Made by a program: the position numbers and the translations under genes
Source of the DNA: a bacterium
GTDB taxonomy: Bacteria; UBA6262; WVXT01
Reading direction: 5' to 3'
Assembly: GCA_046759165.1 (NCBI GenBank)
Contig: JBHIBS010000049.1
Coordinates: forward strand, 1 to 11,432
Length of the DNA: 11,432 nt
The notes under the pieces: generated by a model
Seen by the model: only the letters and a program-made list of their open reading frames with translations
The model's database searches: none
Told to the model about the DNA's origin: nothing
In this document: one piece after another, positions 8,607 through 11,432 of the stretch
Layout of the letters: each line of letters opens with the position of its first letter
How positions within the stretch are numbered: the stretch's first letter is position 1

Positions 8607-8690
8607 AACGGCGGTAACCAGCAATAGCAGCGGGCTCAGGGGCAAGGTAAGGGTGCAAAATTCACCATATCTTTGCCTTACAGAAAATAG
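8607..8690 (+). pseudogene. Relic of a histidine-kinase HATPase C-terminus
   Basis: 8640..8690 reads GQGKGAKFTISLPYRK*, preceded by out-of-frame NGG and IAAGS. This fits the HGGxIxxxSxxGxGxxFxIxLP tail and lies 25 nt before a receiver gene. Confidence 0.75.
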
Positions 8691-8715
8691 AATTAACATT
8701 ACATTTGAAGTGAAA

Positions 8716-9111
8716 ATGGTTAAAGAGCGAATATTGGTTGTGGATGATGAGCAGGATATGCTGGATTTCGCGAAGCGCATCTTGACTCGGGGAGGTTTTA
8801 AAGTAATCACTGCCTCGGATGGAAAAGAAGGACTGGAGAAGGTCTATAGCGAAGCACCAGATTTAATGATTTTGGATATTGTCATGCCGGGGATGGATGG
8901 TTGGGAAGTATGTCGAAAGATAAGAGGAGATCCCTTATATAAGCATCTTCCAATTATTATGTTGACCGTAAGGAGAACGAAAGCAGACCAGCTTAAAGGA
9001 TTCGACCTTGGTGGTGACGAATATATCACCAAACCTTTCTATTCCAATGAACTCCTTGCTCGAGTTAAAACTGTCCTCCAACGTTCTTCCGGCAGAATTT
9101 CTAGAGAATGA
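8716..9111 (+). CDS. Response regulator, receiver domain only (131 aa)
   Basis: ILVVDDE, PDLMILDIVMPGMDG (phospho-Asp), IIMLT, YITKPF, ELLARV. ATG 8716 is preferred over GTG 8653. Confidence 0.9.
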   Translation: MVKERILVVDDEQDMLDFAKRILTRGGFKVITASDGKEGLEKVYSEAPDLMILDIVMPGMDGWEVCRKIRGDPLYKHLPIIMLTVRRTKADQLKGFDLGGDEYITKPFYSNELLARVKTVLQRSSGRISRE

Positions 9112-9377
9112 CGAAGGGTTCAAATCCTAGAGATTCAAGACGCATTTCTTGGACTGAGTGAGAACTGAAAAGGATGGAATTCTTGCCTAATGCCGAAGGA
9201 ACGGACTGCACCTTTACGGGAAATTTCCTTGGAGCGAGAATTCTAAAAAGATTCAGTTGCGAAACAGGCTTAACGTTAGAGACGATAAAGGTAAACCAAG
9301 TAAGATAACCGGGCATTAAGTTAACGGCAGTAATAACTCGTTCTAAAGGCACCTTTGCTTTTATCATAGACTTTTAA

Positions 9378-9408
9378 GACCGCTAAACGCAAGTGAGGCG
9401 GTTTTTTT
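9378..9408 (+). terminator. Possible intrinsic terminator (or residual attC stem)
   Basis: GACCGCT...GGCGGTT stem followed by a T tract. The loop is long. Confidence 0.35.
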
Positions 9409-9409
9409 A

Positions 9410-9438
9410 TTGCGTTTTCGGGGCGTTTTTGGTATATT
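9410..9438 (+). promoter_or_regulatory. Putative sigma70 promoter TTGCGT-N17-TATATT with extended -10 TG
   Basis: 17-nt spacer and TGn before the -10 box. Located ~60 nt upstream of the GTG start at 9501, which has an AGGAG RBS. Confidence 0.6.
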
Positions 9439-9500
9439 GACACTAAGACAAAATGCAAAGATATAAGAGGGCTATAGCAGAGAAAAGGAGATGATAGCGA

Positions 9501-11093
9501 GTGGTAAAAGCAAAGACAAAAGGAGGAAAGAAAAGAGCTAAGAATAAAAAGAGGAATCCTTTTGAAGACCAAAAACGTGTCGGGAAAAAACTTCTGCCCC
9601 CTTTGCTTAGTCAACTTGGACCGATAAAAGATGCTGCTTGGATTCCAAAGCAATTGCCCGAATTTCTTTGGATTGACTCTCTTCTGAATAGCTATGATAG
9701 AGGGCTTGCCTTACATTACTTTAATAAAACTTTAGACCTATTAGATGAATTTAATCCAGATAAGAACGATCCTCTACTTGGTTTAGTCTCGTCCTTTAAA
9801 CAAATTCCTAAAGAATTACAGGAAAGGGCTAAAGAAAAAATTAAACCCTTAGTTAAACAAGCAATACTTGAACCTTTTGGAGATATTCTACTACTGTATT
9901 CAGAATGCCCCATGAATTGGCTTATCATCGACGAGTGGAAGGATGCCCACGATTTTAATCTTGAATTTACGCTAGGGAAATTAAAACGAGCGGTACGTCT
10001 ATTAATGGATGGTAAGTCCCACCATTCCTCCTTACGCCGTGCTGTACCATTGAATAGGATGTTCAAACATAACAAACTATTCATAATAACTAAAAATGTT
10101 TCGGAAGAACTTTTGGATGGGATACCAAAATATCCAGAATGTCCTGAGCAGCAAAGGGCACATGTTGAGTCCTTTGCCAGAAATACTATGAGCATGATTA
10201 TCATGCACAGAGAAGAATTTTATGATTGGGGCTCTTATTTTTGGCGTTATAACTACCAAATAAGTGTATGCGAGTTTTCAGAATATCCATCTGAAGCACA
10301 GGATACGGAAAAAACAATCCGAGAAATTTTGTCTGTAACAAAAAATATGGTATCTGAATTAACTACGACTTTGAGACAGATATTTAAAAAAGCCCAAGTA
10401 GATTTATATACGCCTGATAAGGATGAAATATTATTTGGTTTGTTAAGTAGGCAGTATAGACTCTTTGTGGTTTTGGTAACAAGTCCTTATTTATGGGCTG
10501 CAGATTTGGCAAGAATAATCCTCCGTTGTATGGCAGATACGTTGATTTCCTTTAAATGGCTGCTTTTCAATAATGACTTGGGCTTATATCGAAGGTTTAA
10601 GGAATATGGTTTAGGGAAAGAGAAACTTTTAAAGCTTCATGTTGAGCAGATTTTGGGAAATATTGAAGAGAAAAATTCCCCACTTTCTTCATTAAAGGAA
10701 TCTTTAGAGGATTCAATAAATTCCGAAATTTGGGAAGAACTCCTTCCAATAGATTTAGGGGGGTGGAGTGGGTTGGATACCTATAAAATTGCTGAGAAAG
10801 TGGGACTTAAGGATCTATATAGACTTTTATATTCGCCCACAAGTGCCGATGTACATGGAGAGTGGATTTCTCTAAGAGATAGTAACTTACGTCGATGTAT
10901 CAATCCTTTACATAGGTTTCATCGGGTTCCAACATTAGAATTTCCACTTATAAGCCCGAACTTTATCTTTACTGCCGCACATCTATTTAAAGATTTATTT
11001 GAGGAATGGAAGAAAAATTATTCTGTAGTAGAGACTCTCAGTTTTGTTGACAATGATCTGAAATTAATTTCTGATATTATTGAGCAAGGTTAG
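9501..11093 (+). CDS. 530-aa protein with C-terminal DUF5677-like domain
   Basis: Long ORF with AGGAG RBS. ARIILRCMADTLISFKWLL and AEKVGLKDLYRLLYSPTSADVHGEW match my recollection of DUF5677 (ILRxxxE ... YxxxSxxVHG). Confidence 0.7.
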   Translation: MVKAKTKGGKKRAKNKKRNPFEDQKRVGKKLLPPLLSQLGPIKDAAWIPKQLPEFLWIDSLLNSYDRGLALHYFNKTLDLLDEFNPDKNDPLLGLVSSFKQIPKELQERAKEKIKPLVKQAILEPFGDILLLYSECPMNWLIIDEWKDAHDFNLEFTLGKLKRAVRLLMDGKSHHSSLRRAVPLNRMFKHNKLFIITKNVSEELLDGIPKYPECPEQQRAHVESFARNTMSMIIMHREEFYDWGSYFWRYNYQISVCEFSEYPSEAQDTEKTIREILSVTKNMVSELTTTLRQIFKKAQVDLYTPDKDEILFGLLSRQYRLFVVLVTSPYLWAADLARIILRCMADTLISFKWLLFNNDLGLYRRFKEYGLGKEKLLKLHVEQILGNIEEKNSPLSSLKESLEDSINSEIWEELLPIDLGGWSGLDTYKIAEKVGLKDLYRLLYSPTSADVHGEWISLRDSNLRRCINPLHRFHRVPTLEFPLISPNFIFTAAHLFKDLFEEWKKNYSVVETLSFVDNDLKLISDIIEQG

Positions 11094-11190
11094 GCATAGT
11101 CCATAATATCTAAATGCTACAACTATTCTCAGCTAATTTTTTTGTTGATTATTATCAAAAATTTTGTTAAGGTTTAGTAAGAATTTTCCA

Positions 11191-11280
11191 GAAAAGAGAG
11201 CGACGGAGGTCTTGAAGTCCAGAGTAGTCACAATTTGGTCACAAGAGCTCTCTGTTGAGAGCGAAGAAACAGCAGGTTAA
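11191..11280 (+). pseudogene. Probable C-terminal relic of a tyrosine integrase with arm-site-like repeats
   Basis: Reads EKRATEVLKSRVVTIWSQ...* and contains GTCACAA twice with an 11-bp period (11227, 11238), just upstream of a tRNA 5' fragment. Confidence 0.45.
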
Positions 11281-11313
11281 GAAAAGCCCTTTAAAAATAA
11301 AGGTCTGATAGAT

Positions 11314-11356
11314 GCTGGCGTAGCTCAGTTGGTAGGGTGGGGGTTTTGTAATACCG
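11314..11356 (+). pseudogene. Decayed 5' half of tRNA-Thr(UGU)
   Basis: GCTGGCG-TA-GCTC-AGTTGGTA-GGGT gives the acceptor strand and D arm, with TT-TGT-AA at the anticodon-loop position. The anticodon stem does not pair, and there is no T arm (GTTCGA) or 3' acceptor strand. Confidence 0.7.
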
Positions 11357-11407
11357 AAAAAACCCGACTTGAGAATAACATTGAGAAAATAAGGGCTTTT
11401 TAAAAGT

Positions 11408-11432
11408 GGCGCGGTACCCAAGTGGCTAAGGG
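11408..11432 (+). tRNA. 5' end of a tRNA, most likely tRNA-Cys (cut by the window edge)
   Basis: GGCGCGG-TA-CCC-AAGTGGCTAA-GGG: acceptor strand plus a 3-bp D stem as in bacterial tRNA-Cys. The anticodon is outside the window. Confidence 0.7.

Larger units (their letters stand above)
9193..9453 (+). repeat. Long intergenic repeat R2 copy b
   Basis: Colinear with 5094..5332; ~73% identity over the 120-nt ungapped core counted by hand. Confidence 0.92.

Noticed and set aside
8653-8715. N-terminal extension of the response regulator
   Set aside because: It overlaps the histidine-kinase relic in another frame; the receiver fold begins at ATG 8716.
1652-10259. Minus-strand ORFs 1652..1837, 2248..2439, 2509..2712, 4206..4508, 5640..5822, 6081..6476, 7178..7378, 7249..7524, 7742..7972, 8604..8810, 8844..9032, 8935..9123, 9321..9653, 9716..10204, 10077..10259
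   Set aside because: They are antisense shadows of better-supported + strand genes, pseudogenes or repeats, with no recognisable motifs.
11089-11095. Perfect GTTAGGC at the end of the 530-aa gene as an attC R' box
   Set aside because: There is no nearby complementary RYYYAAC or hairpin, and it is the wrong box for a gene's 3' end. Probably chance.
11239-11421. 60-aa minus-strand ORF
   Set aside because: It is antisense to the tRNA fragments and att-like region, with no protein features.
1-11432. CRISPR array, intact transposase or integron integrase
   Set aside because: No regularly spaced short repeats and no ORF with DDE, HUH or tyrosine-recombinase catalytic motifs were seen.

Overview
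AT-rich bacterial accessory region, with all credible genes on the + strand, ending at a tRNA locus. The left part is a cell-surface-modification cluster: a 5'-truncated type I phosphodiesterase, a Thr-type sulfatase-like enzyme, a GT9 glycosyltransferase and a small multidrug-export-type membrane protein. The last three lie between two ~86%-identical 173-bp direct repeats that duplicate the phosphodiesterase 3' end. The middle (~5.1-9.45 kb) looks like a decaying integron-like cassette array with no integrase in view. It holds a small CxxCH protein, a SAM methyltransferase, two multiply broken pseudogenes, and a histidine-kinase tail plus receiver gene, separated by degenerate attC-like hairpins and bracketed by two ~250-bp repeats carrying an R'-like box and a sigma70-like promoter. 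The right part has a 530-aa DUF5677-like gene, a probable tyrosine-integrase C-terminal relic with att-like motifs, a decayed 5' half of tRNA-Thr(UGU), and the 5' end of a probable tRNA-Cys. All alignments and counts were done by eye; no database searches were run.
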